Shown here: one piece after another, positions 28,901 through 37,542 of the stretch | Layout of the letters: each line of letters begins with the position of its first letter | Position numbering within the stretch: the stretch's first letter is position 1 | From: Desulfosudaceae bacterium | GTDB taxonomy: Bacteria; Desulfobacterota; Desulfobacteria; Desulfobacterales; Desulfosudaceae | DNA: 64,000 nt | NCBI GenBank assembly: GCA_963674745.2 | Contig: CAXXDV010000003.1 | Coordinates: forward strand, 1,056,001 to 1,120,000 | Direction of reading: 5' to 3' | Translations under genes and position numbers: made by a program | Notes under the pieces: generated by a model | Seen by the model: only the letters and a program-made list of their open reading frames with translations | Database searches by the model: none | What the model was told of the DNA's origin: nothing

Positions 28901-31900
28901 ACTGTAATGACGGTGATAACACCATCTATCCCGGCGCCGGTGAAATCTGTGACACCATTGATAATGATTGCGACGGCGACACTGATGAAGGCTGCACCAC
29001 CTGGTATGAGGATGCTGATGGCGACGGTTACGGTAACCCGTCAGTTTTCACGGAGTCCATTCCTCAGCCGATCGGCTATGTTGACGTGGCCGGTGACTGT
29101 GACGATGACCCGGTCACCGGTCCTGCGGTGAACCCCGGTGTCGCTGAGGTCTGTGAAGACGGTATCGACAACGATTGTGACGGTGAAATCGACGAAGGAT
29201 GTATTAACTGGTATCAAGATGGTGACGGTGACGGCTACGGGGATAATACTGTTACGGTTGTCGATAATCATATCCCGCCCGGCTTTGTTTCTGATAATAC
29301 GGATTGTGACGATACCAACCATGACATCAACCCCGGACAACTTGAACTTTGCGAAGACGGTATTGATAACGACTGTGACGGCGACGTGGATGAAGGCTGT
29401 CAGACCTGGTATGAGGATGCTGACGGCGATACCTACGGCAACAGCGTCACCACCTCGGTTTCGGTCTCCAATCCGGGCGGCTATGTGACCCGGGACGGTG
29501 ACTGTAATGATTCCGATGCCGCCATAAACCCCGCCGCTGTTGAAGTCTGTGACGGTAAGGACAATGACTGTGATACGGTTGTGGACGAGCGCTGCCAGAA
29601 CTGGTTCGAGGACCTTGACGGCGACGGGTTCGGATCATCCACAACAATTGTGTCCGATACCCGTCCTGACGACTATATCGATATCAGCGGTGACTGCGAT
29701 GACAGTGATCCTGACATTAATCCCAATGCGATTGAAATCTGCGACGGCAAAGACAACGATTGCGATGGCGACAGGGATGAAGGTTGTCTCGTCTGGCACC
29801 TGGATAATGACGTGGACAATTATGGAGACAACAATTTCGTCCAATGGACCGTTTTCCGGCCGCCGGGACACGTAATTGCCGGCGGTGATTGTAACGACGC
29901 TAACAACCAGATTCATCCTTATCGTCTGGATCTTTGTGACGATTTGGACAATGACTGTGACGGCGCCGTTGATGAAGATGTGCCGGATTCCGAAAAGACC
30001 AATTACTACCTGGATTCGGACGGCGACGGATACGGCAACCCGGCCAGTTATATGTTTGAATGTAATTCACCGGGTTTCAATTATGTTCTGAACAATCTGG
30101 ACTGCAATGACTCTGCGGCCGCCATCCATCCCGGCGCCTTCGATATCTGTGACAATGGTACCGACGAGGACTGCTCCGGTGCTGACCGCGCTTGCGGGTC
30201 ATCCACCACCAAAGGCTGTGCCGACCTGGCCGACCAGCCCCTGGAAACCCAGGTCGAGTCCTCGACGCCGGTTGTCATGTTTGTCGTGGACAACTCCGGC
30301 AGTATGGCCTGGGATGTCATGTGCGCCGGCGAGGACAACGGGCTTTACAAGGGAAACAGCAGTGCCGCCGCCGGCAGTAGTGAATACTGGCAGACCCAGT
30401 ATTCGGGTATCAACAGTATCTATTACGACCCGACCATTGAATATGAACCCTGGCCGGGATATCCCGTGGCAAATTCGGATGACCCCCGGTCGCTCCCGTA
30501 TCAATCAGGCACCATCGATCTGGATTGGGAATTCGAAGACATCGACGGTGCTTTAAGTGTCAAGTACGCCCATTATTATGCCTGGTCGTCTACGGAGCAG
30601 CGGCCTTACCTGGTGATTATCAACAACACCAGTGTGACCTATTACCGGATCGATCCGCCGGGAGATAATGAGATTGATCCCCAGCACGTGAGCGGACCGA
30701 TAGCGGCGGACTCTGTTCCGGACGACGCCATCATCCCCCAGGCCTGGGCGGACGGTAACAAGGAGTGTTCGGCCGCTGAAGCCGCTGTGGCCCGGCAGAA
30801 TTTTGCCAACTGGTACCAGTACTACCGGACACGCATGCTGACCGCTACCTATACCATGGCCAAAGTGGTAGCCGAGGTCGGAGACATCGAGGTCGGCTTT
30901 CAAATGCTTCATGACAACTCCTCCTCGGTCAGCGATTTTCTGTTCCCGCTGGCCGTGAACAATACAGCCCAGGGCCAGATCAACCGGCAGGCGGTTCTGG
31001 ATTTTATTTATGCTGCCAGCCGGCCCAATGGCGGTACGCCGTTACGGACCACATTTAAAAGGATCGGCAACTTTTATGACCAGTCCGTCAATGACGGCCG
31101 GTCCTCGCCATGGGCCGCTGCGACAGACGGCGGTGAATGCCAGCTGGCGTTTACGATTCTGATGACCGACGGCTACTATAATGGCTCAAGCCCCAACATG
31201 CCGGATACGGACGGTGACAACAACACGGATTATGACGGCTCGCCTTACGGGGACAACTATGGTCAGGGCAACACCCTGGCGGATATCGCCATGCATTATT
31301 ATGAAAGGGATCTGCATACAGGCCTGAACAATTATGTGCCGGTCACTTCTACTGATCCGGCCAACCATCAGCATATGGTGACCTACAGTATTTCTTTCGG
31401 CGTGATCGGCAGCCTGGATCCAAAAGGGTATATATTCAACTCGGGATCATCCACCTGCGCTGCGGGATCGGCATCTACCTGCACGGATGAGTCACCGTGT
31501 GAATGCGCACCTTACTGGCCGTTTGTCACCACCAGCAATACCGACACCACAATCGACGACCTTTATCATGCCGCTGTCAACGGAAGGGGTAAATATTATG
31601 CCACTACCAATGTCCAGCAGCTTGCCTATGCCCTGTCGACCATCCTTGGGGAAATCGCCGACCGCAGGGGGTCCGGTGCATCAGTGGCCGTCAATACCCA
31701 GGCCCTGGAAGAGGATACCCTGTTGTACCAGGGCTTTTACGAGTCCGCCAACTGGAGCGGTGACCTGACCGCCTGGGCGATTTATGATAAAGATGATGAT
31801 GCTGATCCGCCTCAATATTTCAAAGGTGATGTCGCTGATTCCTGGACCTGGTCCGCTGCGAACATACTGGATAATCGGAATCTTGCTTCCGACCCCCGAA

Positions 31901-33783
31901 ATATTTTTACCTATAATCCGATTTCCAAAAACGGTGTGGCATTTGCCTTGGATAATCTGACGGATGAACAAAAAGAGTGGCTGGGCAGCACGACTGCCGG
32001 CCGGGAGGACCTGATCGATTATCTTTATGGTGACCGTACCCTTGAAAAAAGCCATGGCGGTAATATGCGTAATCGTGATTCCCGCCTGGGTGACATCGTC
32101 CATTCGGCCCCCTTTCACGACGGCTCCACGAATACCATTTATGTCGGTGCCAATGACGGTATGTTCCATGCCTTTACCTCCACGTCAGCCGGCGGAGGAG
32201 TTGAACGGTTCGCCTATATACCGAGTTATGTGTACGAAAACCTTTATACCCTTGCCGATCCGCTTTACGAGCACCGGTATTATGTCGATGCGACGCCCTA
32301 TGTCCAGGATGTCGGTAACACAAAACTCCTGGTCTGCGGTCTGGGCGCCGGTGGTAAGGGATATTTTGGTCTTGACGTAACTGACCCGGCAACCTTTTCG
32401 GCCAGTGATGTGTTGTGGGAAGTCCCGGCCAGCGCGAATGCCGGCGATATGGGATATTCTTTTGCTAAACCGGTCATCGTGCCCCATAAGTATAATAGCG
32501 ATGGTGATTTGGAATACCTGGTGATTTTCGGTAACGGGTACGACAGTGACAGCGGCAAAGCCGTGCTGTATGCGCTTACTGTGGATACCAACGGTGTCGT
32601 TACGGACACAACGGTCATTGATACAAAGGTCGGCACCCAGTCATCTACTCCGGATATTAAGACCGGTTGCAACGGTCTTTCCAGCCCCCTGGCCACGGAC
32701 GTTGATTTTGACAACAGCCTTGACTTTATTTATGCCGGGGACCTCCAGGGGAACCTCTGGAAGTTCGACTTTAGAGGATACACAAAAAATACCTGGAAGG
32801 TCTTTTATGGTACAGACCTGAATCCCAAGCCATTGGTCCGGGCGGTATCGGTTTATGATCCGGATGATTATAATGAAGGCACAGGAAAAGATAAAACCAA
32901 TGTCATCGTTCCCCAGCCGATTACAGCCAAACCCGGTGCCATGAGTCACTGTCTGCCCAATCGTTCCGGGTACATCATCGTATTCGGTACAGGCCAGTTC
33001 TTTGGAAACGACGATTTCACAGATACCTCGGTGCAGTCTGTTTACGGCGTCTGGGATTGGGCTGAAGAACTGGTAGACGGTAATGTGGCCGACCCGTGGA
33101 ACCATCCTCTCGGCACGCTGTTACGGAACGGGGACCATGCTGATATGTATGCCACCATCAAGGACGCGGATGATTCGGTACTTTCTTTGGGCGGAACCTC
33201 TCCGGTCACCTTTGCCATGCTGGGTCAGAGTACCGGCGCCGATCAGATTATCGATGGCTCTGTTTACAGCGAAACCAGTTCAAACCAGCTGTTTGACAGG
33301 TATCAGGACCCTGACGGTATCCCCGGCAACGCTGACGACCAGCGGGCCTGGTTTGACGCTGATCGGTGGGAAGCTCAGGGCGCAAATTATGAGGGCACCC
33401 GATATGTCGGCTGGTATTATGACCTGCCGAACAGCGGAGAGCGGATAATCGCCGACACGACCATCCGTGCCGGTCTGGCCATCATGATTTCGCTGGATCC
33501 GTCTCCGACGCCCTGCCGGCCCGGTGGGAACTCCTTGCTGACATTCCTGACGGCCTGTGACGGCAGTAAGCCGGACGAGAAGGTCCTGAATACGACTGAT
33601 GATAATATTCTTGACGATGCCGACGAAGATGTAAACCGGAAAGAGCTGTCGGATATTTTCTATAAACCCGTCATTCTTGAAGATTATCTATACTTTAATG
33701 AGGAAGACCCTGAGGTCGGTCCCAGTGAGCGTCTCGGCGTGGCTTACTGGCGTTTCTTAAGAATGCTGCATCTAAATCCGTAA
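19948..33783 (+). CDS. pilY1: Giant PilY1/PilC type IV pilus tip adhesin: about 50 MopE-like metal-binding repeats, vWA domain and beta-propeller
   Basis: Signal peptide; about 65-aa repeats WYxDxDGDGYG...DCDD...PGAxExCDGxDNNCDGxxDEGC; MIDAS VDNSGSM; LGDIVHS, VGANDGMFHAF, YAGDLQGNLWKFD. Confidence 0.92.
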   Translation: MNKSHQTDRSFSKITVGKRLPGAPALHERLVKSALCLLVLMAMGLMLTTVAMAAPATYWCKDGDGDGWGDPTNWEYCKKKNLPSGIWYKWSTGLCEDCNDSEAGINPDADEICGDGINNNCTGGVDESCYDWYRDSDIDNYGDSSDIKSAQTQPTGYVLDSTDCDDTRGDVYPNATELCDGVDNDCDTDVDEGCQTWYRDADNDGYGTAGDTTSAASKPAGYVADNTDCDDTRSNVNPGQSEICDGLDNNCDGDTDEGCETWYEDADGDGYGNPAVFFSGHNPTGYVSNSLDCNDLNAAISPDATEVCDGVDNNCNGVTDEGCQTWYQDADGDGFGNPAVTAFLFNPPPGYVSDNTDCDDTDADIYPGANEIDGDGIDNNCDGLTDESSLWYEDSDNDGFGKPDVSTTGFSQPPGYVADNTDCDDSDNFTYPGAPEICDDGIDNNCNGAVDEGCNTWYRDADNDGYGDPAVWVIADAKPAGYDYVSDNTDCDDSNPLVNPAADELCLDSIDNNCDGQVNENCYVWYEDGDGDGYGNPGVTTWATSQPGGFVNNLRDCDDTDAAVNPDAAEICDGYDNNCNGVIDEGCEGKWYRDSDGDTYGDSSDSSDTQQPGYVPVPGDCDDSNPLVYPGRDEICNDGIDNNCVGGIDEGCLYWYPDDDFDGFGDIDSASAVRAYAAPAGYTADHSDCNDGNSDINPDATEICNGADDDCDGFTDEGCADWYQDYDGDGYGNPAVPATSVVQPAGYVDNSLDCDDEDSNVNPGMHEDCANNVDDDCDGEIDEGCIIWYQDFDGDGWGNSSVIKALDTQPDGYVERGGDCNDHSTSINPGALEVCDDTFDNNCDGNINEGCQAWYYDNDGDGWGSALEDDIGYATTQPDDYVDRAGDCDDEDAAVNPDASEVCDTYDNDCDGFTDEGCTIWYEDGDHDGWGSATSQVAITAPPNFVDITGDCDDAVAAINPGAVEICDGIDNNCDLSVDEGCTDWYQDADGDNYGDASVSVIDNVQPGGYVSDNTDCDDAVFAVNPGVAEVCDDGIDNNCDGEADEGCQVWYRDADNDTWGDIANTMTGKSQPLGYVYRSGDCDDSDAAINPDAAEVCDGDDNNCNTYIDEGCLDWFLDADGDGFGDPATLQTAINLPSPDHVLNGLDCVDTDEDVNPDAVEICDGIDNNCDGNTDEGCLTWYRDSDGDTYGDPGDTTVSQVQPPGYILDGTDCDDTRLEVHPGAAEICDTLDNNCDGDTDEGCLTWYRDSDSDTYGDPGVSTVSLVQPAGYVADNTDCNDAVFAINPGVAEVCADGIDNNCDGNTDEDCLTWYRDSDGDTYGDPGVSTVSQAQPAGYVADNTDCDDTDAAIHPGGVEVCDGDDNNCNGDTDEGCLTWYRDADGDNYGDPALPSVSQTKPVGFVLDNTDCDDSDPLINPGALELCDAGLDDEDCDGDVNEGCLTWYWDGDADNYGDPATSVYSQVQPGGYLLNGTDCDDTNAAIHPGAAEICDTLDNNCDGNTDEGCLTWYRDNDSDTYGDPGVSTVSLVQPAGYVADNTDCDDTDAAINPGAPEVCDGVNDENCDGSVDEGCLTWYEDSDGDNYGNPGVSVDAVIPPPGYVSDNTDCDDTNATIHPGGVEVCDGVNDENCDGSVDEGCLTWYEDSDGDKYGNPGVSVDAVIPPPGYVSDNTDCDDTNATIHPGGVEVCDGVNDENCDGSVDEGCLTWYEDSDGDNYGNPGVSVDAVIPPPGYVSDNTDCDDTNATIHPGGVEVCDGVNDENCDGSVDEGCLTWYRDSDGDKYGNPGVSVDAVIPPPGYVSDNTDCDDTNATIHPGGVEVCDGVNDENCDGSVDEGCQTWYLDNDGDNYGDAGVSMTSNFQPPNYVLDNTDCDDGDAAINPAGTEICDGLNDENCDGSVDEGCRTWFRDSDGDNYGDAGVSTIGVVQPGGYVLDNTDCDDTEPLRNPGMAEVCGDTLDNDCNGLVDDSCANWYKDTDGDGYGDPAVPSMAVGQPAGYVGKAGDCDDTEFNINPGVVEVCDGAVDENCNGQVDEGCLTWYIDSDGDGYGTNWSVVQSITQPAGYVLKDGDCVFDNPAIHPGALEVCDGDDNNCDGNVDEGCLTWYEDSDGDSYGNAAVSSTAIVPPAGYVLDDTDCDDTNFNVNPGAIEVCDGVNDENCDGSVDEGCNTWYQDSDGDGYGNAGVTAVHIVPPAGWVLDGTDCDDTNFNVNPGAIEVCDGVNDENCDGSVDEGCNTWFQDSDGDGYGNAGVTAVHIVPPAGWVLDDTDCDDTNFNVNPGAIEVCDGVNDENCDGSVDEGCNTWFQDSDGDGYGNAGVTAVHIVPPAGWVLDGTDCDDTNFNVNPGAIEVCDGVNDENCDGSVDEGCNTWYEDSDGDNYGNSGVSVDAVIPPPGYVLDDTDCDDGDFNIHPGAVEVCDGTNDENCDGSVDEGCQTWYRDADSDGYGDPSDNMVTIIQPPGYISDNTDCDDTKAAVNPGATEVCDGIDNNCAGGIDEGCDFWYRDNDHDNFGNPGVSVWAVIQPAGYVNDFTDCDDSDAAINPAAVDICGDGVDNNCDGSTDEDCLDWYRDLDGDNFGYIGDKHVSRVPPAANYISDNTDCNDNNPAVYPGAAEVCDSIDNDCDGDTDEGCQTWYEDNDGDGYGNSAAPQTSPSRPAGYVFNDTDCDDTDPAIHPGGVEVCDSVDNNCDGDTDEGCQTWYADDDSDGYGDSSDSMDTIIQPPGYVSDNQDCDDTNPAIHPGVPEDCDGVDNNCDSQTDEGCMMWYQDLDGDNYGNPGVVLNEVIQPAGYVSDNTDCKDDNPAIHPGVPEDCNDSFDNDCNGLVNDGCMTWFQDVDSDGYGNASVSVDEVVKPFGYVADNTDCDDTKAFVNPGILEVCDGFDNDCDGGVDEGCRTWYQDNDHDGFGTGTTATAVLQPGGYTALTGDCDDTNPAIHPGALEICDTIDNDCEGGIDEGCRTWYQDNDGDGFGSTNTGEAVGSLPGYVAEPGDCNDGDNTIYPGAGEICDTIDNDCDGDTDEGCTTWYEDADGDGYGNPSVFTESIPQPIGYVDVAGDCDDDPVTGPAVNPGVAEVCEDGIDNDCDGEIDEGCINWYQDGDGDGYGDNTVTVVDNHIPPGFVSDNTDCDDTNHDINPGQLELCEDGIDNDCDGDVDEGCQTWYEDADGDTYGNSVTTSVSVSNPGGYVTRDGDCNDSDAAINPAAVEVCDGKDNDCDTVVDERCQNWFEDLDGDGFGSSTTIVSDTRPDDYIDISGDCDDSDPDINPNAIEICDGKDNDCDGDRDEGCLVWHLDNDVDNYGDNNFVQWTVFRPPGHVIAGGDCNDANNQIHPYRLDLCDDLDNDCDGAVDEDVPDSEKTNYYLDSDGDGYGNPASYMFECNSPGFNYVLNNLDCNDSAAAIHPGAFDICDNGTDEDCSGADRACGSSTTKGCADLADQPLETQVESSTPVVMFVVDNSGSMAWDVMCAGEDNGLYKGNSSAAAGSSEYWQTQYSGINSIYYDPTIEYEPWPGYPVANSDDPRSLPYQSGTIDLDWEFEDIDGALSVKYAHYYAWSSTEQRPYLVIINNTSVTYYRIDPPGDNEIDPQHVSGPIAADSVPDDAIIPQAWADGNKECSAAEAAVARQNFANWYQYYRTRMLTATYTMAKVVAEVGDIEVGFQMLHDNSSSVSDFLFPLAVNNTAQGQINRQAVLDFIYAASRPNGGTPLRTTFKRIGNFYDQSVNDGRSSPWAAATDGGECQLAFTILMTDGYYNGSSPNMPDTDGDNNTDYDGSPYGDNYGQGNTLADIAMHYYERDLHTGLNNYVPVTSTDPANHQHMVTYSISFGVIGSLDPKGYIFNSGSSTCAAGSASTCTDESPCECAPYWPFVTTSNTDTTIDDLYHAAVNGRGKYYATTNVQQLAYALSTILGEIADRRGSGASVAVNTQALEEDTLLYQGFYESANWSGDLTAWAIYDKDDDADPPQYFKGDVADSWTWSAANILDNRNLASDPRNIFTYNPISKNGVAFALDNLTDEQKEWLGSTTAGREDLIDYLYGDRTLEKSHGGNMRNRDSRLGDIVHSAPFHDGSTNTIYVGANDGMFHAFTSTSAGGGVERFAYIPSYVYENLYTLADPLYEHRYYVDATPYVQDVGNTKLLVCGLGAGGKGYFGLDVTDPATFSASDVLWEVPASANAGDMGYSFAKPVIVPHKYNSDGDLEYLVIFGNGYDSDSGKAVLYALTVDTNGVVTDTTVIDTKVGTQSSTPDIKTGCNGLSSPLATDVDFDNSLDFIYAGDLQGNLWKFDFRGYTKNTWKVFYGTDLNPKPLVRAVSVYDPDDYNEGTGKDKTNVIVPQPITAKPGAMSHCLPNRSGYIIVFGTGQFFGNDDFTDTSVQSVYGVWDWAEELVDGNVADPWNHPLGTLLRNGDHADMYATIKDADDSVLSLGGTSPVTFAMLGQSTGADQIIDGSVYSETSSNQLFDRYQDPDGIPGNADDQRAWFDADRWEAQGANYEGTRYVGWYYDLPNSGERIIADTTIRAGLAIMISLDPSPTPCRPGGNSLLTFLTACDGSKPDEKVLNTTDDNILDDADEDVNRKELSDIFYKPVILEDYLYFNEEDPEVGPSERLGVAYWRFLRMLHLNP
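24610..25460 (+). repeat. Near-identical 198-bp tandem repeats in pilY1 (block 1, about 4 units)
   Basis: Identical out-of-frame ORFs recur at 24686, 24884, 25082 and 25280. Confidence 0.9.
26330..27060 (+). repeat. Near-identical 198-bp tandem repeats in pilY1 (block 2, about 3.5 units)
   Basis: DCDDTNFNVNPGAIEVCDGVNDENCDGSVDEGCNTW occurs four times with almost the same DNA. Confidence 0.9.
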
Positions 33784-33837
33784 GTACGGGTTAAAGCGAT
33801 GCGGTCGACAGAAATTGTCTGGTATAAAGGAGTGATC

Positions 33838-34173
33838 ATGAAAAAATACCTGCTGATGATAGGGATCCTGGTCTTGATGATGGTGCCGATGGTGTTGCCG
33901 GCAGCGGATTCCACGGCCACGGATCCGTTGATGGGTGCCGCTGAACTGGGCACCCGGGAAAACCCTGAACTGGTATGGAAGTCCGGTAAAATTAACCGCG
34001 TTGACGAAATCGGAATGACCATCGATGACGTTTTTTACGAATTTAACCCGGACACAACGTTTTATAGCACTTCGGGAATAAAGATAACATCCTCGAATTT
34101 CTTTCCCGGAACGTCTGTAAAAATTGTACTGAAAAATGATATGAAGACCGTTGTTTCGGTGGTAAAACAATAA
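33838..34173 (+). CDS. Small exported protein, PilY2-like by position
   Basis: RBS AAGGAG, signal peptide, beta-rich GKINRVD..MTIDDVFY; directly after pilY1. Confidence 0.65.
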   Translation: MKKYLLMIGILVLMMVPMVLPAADSTATDPLMGAAELGTRENPELVWKSGKINRVDEIGMTIDDVFYEFNPDTTFYSTSGIKITSSNFFPGTSVKIVLKNDMKTVVSVVKQ

Positions 34174-34193
34174 TAGCGAATTTTTTCGTCACC

Positions 34194-34230
34194 ACAGCCC
34201 GGTCGTTCTTTGGGAAAACGGCCGGGCTGT
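34194..34230. terminator. Hairpin between convergent genes
   Basis: ACAGCCCGGTCGTT...AACGGCCGGGCTGT. Confidence 0.6.
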
Positions 34231-34257
34231 TGACGTTTGATCGCGGAGGGCGGGCGC

Positions 34258-35346
34258 TCATCCCGTCCGGGACGGCTGGTAAGCACAGAGGGGTTCTTCT
34301 TCCAGAAAGTCACCGGTATTTTCATATGCCCGGGCCCGGCAGCCGCCACAGACATTCTTGAACTCACATTTACCGCATTTTCCCTTCAAGTTGTCAAAAT
34401 CCCTCAGTTTCAGGAATATGTCGGAATGGTTCCAGATGGTGTTAAAGGAATCCTGTCTAACGTCACCGCAGTTTAATTCCAGAAAACCGCACGGCTGGAC
34501 AATGCCGACATGGGAGATAAAGCAGAAAGCCGTTCCCCCCAGGCAGCCCCGGGTGACGGCGTCAAGGCCGTGGGTCTGAAAATTGACGGCCACCCCGTCC
34601 TGTCTGGCGCGCTGGCGGAGAATCCGGTAATACTGGGGGGCGCAGGTCGCTTTTAACTGCAAATCGGTTGTTTTTTTGCGGTCATAAAACCAGTTCAGGG
34701 TTTTTTCATAATCTTCGGCGGTAATCGCCTGGTCGGCCATGTCTTTTCCCCGGCCGGTGGGCACCAGCAGGAAAATATGGTGGGCCACGGCACCGATCTC
34801 TTCGGCCAGTTCCAGGATCTGCGGAATTTCATCCATGTTATTGCGGGTAATGGTGGTATTCAGCTGGAACTCGATACCGGCTTCGGCGGCCAGCCTGGCG
34901 CCGTTGAGGGCGCCTTCATAGGCCCCGGAAACGCCCCGGAAACGATCGTGACTTTCGCCGGTGGCACCGTCAATACTGATGCTGATCCGCTGAATGCCGG
35001 CATCTTTCATCTGCCGGGCGGTAGATTCGGTAATGAGCGTGCCGTTCGGGGCCATAACCATGCGCAGGCCCTTGTCCGTTCCGTATCTGGCAATGGTGAA
35101 GATGTCTTCCCGCATCAGGGGCTCGCCGCCCGTTAAAATAACAATGGGTGACCCGGTTTCGGCGATCTGGTCGACCAGCCGCAGGCTGGCGTCCGTGTCC
35201 AGTTCACCGGTAAAGACTTCGCCGCGTCCGGCCGATGCCCGGCAGTGCAGGCAGGAAAGGTTGCAGTTGCGGGTGGTCTCCCAGGCCACCAGCCTTAAAT
35301 CTGACGCCCCGGGTTTTCCCGGTTTATGGCCCGGATGAGCACTCAT
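34258..35346 (-). CDS. ahbD: Heme b synthase (radical SAM/SPASM)
   Basis: LRLVAWETTRNCNLSCLHCRASA, HIFLLVPTGRG, KATCAPQYYRI; in ahbC-hemB context. Confidence 0.9.
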   Translation of the reverse strand: MSAHPGHKPGKPGASDLRLVAWETTRNCNLSCLHCRASAGRGEVFTGELDTDASLRLVDQIAETGSPIVILTGGEPLMREDIFTIARYGTDKGLRMVMAPNGTLITESTARQMKDAGIQRISISIDGATGESHDRFRGVSGAYEGALNGARLAAEAGIEFQLNTTITRNNMDEIPQILELAEEIGAVAHHIFLLVPTGRGKDMADQAITAEDYEKTLNWFYDRKKTTDLQLKATCAPQYYRILRQRARQDGVAVNFQTHGLDAVTRGCLGGTAFCFISHVGIVQPCGFLELNCGDVRQDSFNTIWNHSDIFLKLRDFDNLKGKCGKCEFKNVCGGCRARAYENTGDFLEEEPLCAYQPSRTG

Positions 35347-35349
35347 GGT

Positions 35350-36333
35350 TTACTGTCCTCCAGATAAAATAACGGCGGCCGCTTCTTTGGCAAAATAGGT
35401 CAGGATCATGTCTGCCCCGGCCCGTTTGATGGACAGCAGGCTTTCCATCATGACTTTATTGCCGTCAACCCAGCCCATTTTATCGGCGGCTTTGATCATG
35501 GCATATTCGCCGCTGACATTATAGGCGGCCACGGGCAGATCAAACTCCTCCCGGACCCGGTAAATAATATCCAGGTAGGGCAGGGCGGGTTTGACCATCA
35601 GGATATCGGCCCCTTCCTCGACATCCATGCCGGCTTCGCGGATGGCTTCTAAGGCATTGGCCGGATCCATCTGGTAGGTTTTTCTGTCCCCGAATTTGGG
35701 TGCCGAATGGGCGGCCTGACGGAACGGGCCGTAAAAGGCCGAGCAGTATTTGACCGCGTAAGACATGATGGGAATATCGGCATAACCGTTGTCATCCAGG
35801 GCCCCGCGGATTTCCGCCACCCGGCCGTCCATCATGTCGGACGGCGCCACCATGTCGGCCCCGGCTTTGGCGTGGGACAGGGCGGTTTTGGCGATCAGGT
35901 CGAGGCTGGCATCATTGTCGATAATGCCTTTTTCCACGATGCCGCAGTGGCCGTGGTCCGTGTACTGGCACAAACAGACGTCGGTAATGACCATCAGCTC
36001 CGGCACCTTGTTTTTCAGTTCTTTGACCGCTTTCTGGACAATGCCGTCTTTGGCGTAGGCGCCGGTGCCCAGGGCGTTTTTCTTGTCCGGCACACCGAAC
36101 AGCATGATGGCCGGGATGCCCAGTTCCACGGCGCTTTTGGCCTCTTTGACCAGGTTGTCAATGGAAAGCTGAAAATGGCCGGGCATGGCCTCGATGGCGT
36201 TTTTGACGTTTTTACCGCCGATGGCAAACAGCGGCAGAATGAGGTCGTCCGTGGAAAGCGTGGTCTCCCGGATCATCCGGCGGAATGCCGCGTTCTGTCT
36301 CATGCGTCTGGGTCTATAATCCGGAAACAGCAT
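35350..36333 (-). CDS. hemB: Porphobilinogen synthase
   Basis: [37 protein letters not shown]. Confidence 0.98.
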   Translation of the reverse strand: MLFPDYRPRRMRQNAAFRRMIRETTLSTDDLILPLFAIGGKNVKNAIEAMPGHFQLSIDNLVKEAKSAVELGIPAIMLFGVPDKKNALGTGAYAKDGIVQKAVKELKNKVPELMVITDVCLCQYTDHGHCGIVEKGIIDNDASLDLIAKTALSHAKAGADMVAPSDMMDGRVAEIRGALDDNGYADIPIMSYAVKYCSAFYGPFRQAAHSAPKFGDRKTYQMDPANALEAIREAGMDVEEGADILMVKPALPYLDIIYRVREEFDLPVAAYNVSGEYAMIKAADKMGWVDGNKVMMESLLSIKRAGADMILTYFAKEAAAVILSGGQ

Positions 36334-36342
36334 TTATTCTCC

Positions 36343-37527
36343 TTATTTCAATCCAATTTCTTCATCCGTCAGGTAACAGGCCGGGTCAGGCGCCCAGAGA
36401 TCGCCGCTGAAGGCTTCGGCCCGCACCCGGAAATTCCCGGCACAGACATCGAGCCAGCGGCATTGGGCGCAGCGGCCCTTGACATGTTTGGCTTTTTCCT
36501 TGAGCTTACCCATCAGGGGCTCGCTGGTATCGTTCCAGATCTCGGAAAACGGCCGCTGCCGGACATTGCCGAAACTGTAATGCCGCCAGAACTGGTCGGC
36601 GTGGACGGTGCCGTCCCAGCTGACACAGCCGATTCCCCGTCCGGAACTGTTGCCCTCGTTCATTTTCAGCAGTTCCAGGACCTGTTCGGCCCGTTTCGGG
36701 TCTTCTTTTAAAAGCCGCAGGTAAATATAGGGACCGTCGGCATGGTTGTCCACGGTAAGGACTTCCTTGGGTTTGCCCCGGTCGTGCAGGTCTTTTGTCC
36801 GGTCAAGAATCAGGTCGATCACTTCACGTGTCCCTTCGCGGGTCAGGTCACTTTCAATCATGTCCGAACCCCGTCCGGCATACACCAGGTGGTAAAAACA
36901 GATCCGGGGGACATCGTGTTCCTCGACGATATCGAACATTTGCGCCACTTCATCGACATTGAACTTGTTGATGGTGAACCTGAGCCCGACCTTGATGCCG
37001 GCTTCACGGCAGTTTTTAATGCCCTGCATGGCATCGTCAAAGGCGCCCTCTACCCCGCGGAACTTGTCGTTGATTTCCCGGCCGCCGTCCAGGCTGATAC
37101 CGACATAGGACAACCCGATCTCTTTTAAGACCGCGGCTTTTTCTTTGTCAATCAGGGTGCCGTTGGTCGAGATGACGGCCCGCATGCCCTTTTCGATGGC
37201 ATAGGCCGCCAGTTCCGGCAGATCTTCGCGCATCAGCGGCTCACCGCCGGAGAAAAGCATCACCGGTGCTTTAAAGGCGGACAGGTCGTCGATCAGCTGT
37301 TTGCCTTCGGCCGTTGTCAGCTCGTTTTTGTCCGCTTGCGTTTTGGCGTGGGCGTAGCAGTGCCGGCATTTTAAGTTGCAGCGCTTGGTAATGTTCCAGA
37401 CCACTACCGGACGTTTGTCGATGGAAAACTGCAGCAAATGCGAGGGCAGATCTTCGGAACGCCGGCCGTAGCGCAGGGCGTCGGAAGGCTCGGTGGTGCC
37501 GCAATAAAGCTTGGAGATACCGATCAT
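36343..37527 (-). CDS. ahbC: 12,18-didecarboxysiroheme deacetylase / Fe-coproporphyrin synthase (radical SAM)
   Basis: MIGISKLYCG, CNLKCRHCYA, FYHLVYAGRG, LTVDNHADG, HADQFW. Confidence 0.92.
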   Translation of the reverse strand: MIGISKLYCGTTEPSDALRYGRRSEDLPSHLLQFSIDKRPVVVWNITKRCNLKCRHCYAHAKTQADKNELTTAEGKQLIDDLSAFKAPVMLFSGGEPLMREDLPELAAYAIEKGMRAVISTNGTLIDKEKAAVLKEIGLSYVGISLDGGREINDKFRGVEGAFDDAMQGIKNCREAGIKVGLRFTINKFNVDEVAQMFDIVEEHDVPRICFYHLVYAGRGSDMIESDLTREGTREVIDLILDRTKDLHDRGKPKEVLTVDNHADGPYIYLRLLKEDPKRAEQVLELLKMNEGNSSGRGIGCVSWDGTVHADQFWRHYSFGNVRQRPFSEIWNDTSEPLMGKLKEKAKHVKGRCAQCRWLDVCAGNFRVRAEAFSGDLWAPDPACYLTDEEIGLK

Positions 37528-37542
37528 GATAAAGCCATTCTG

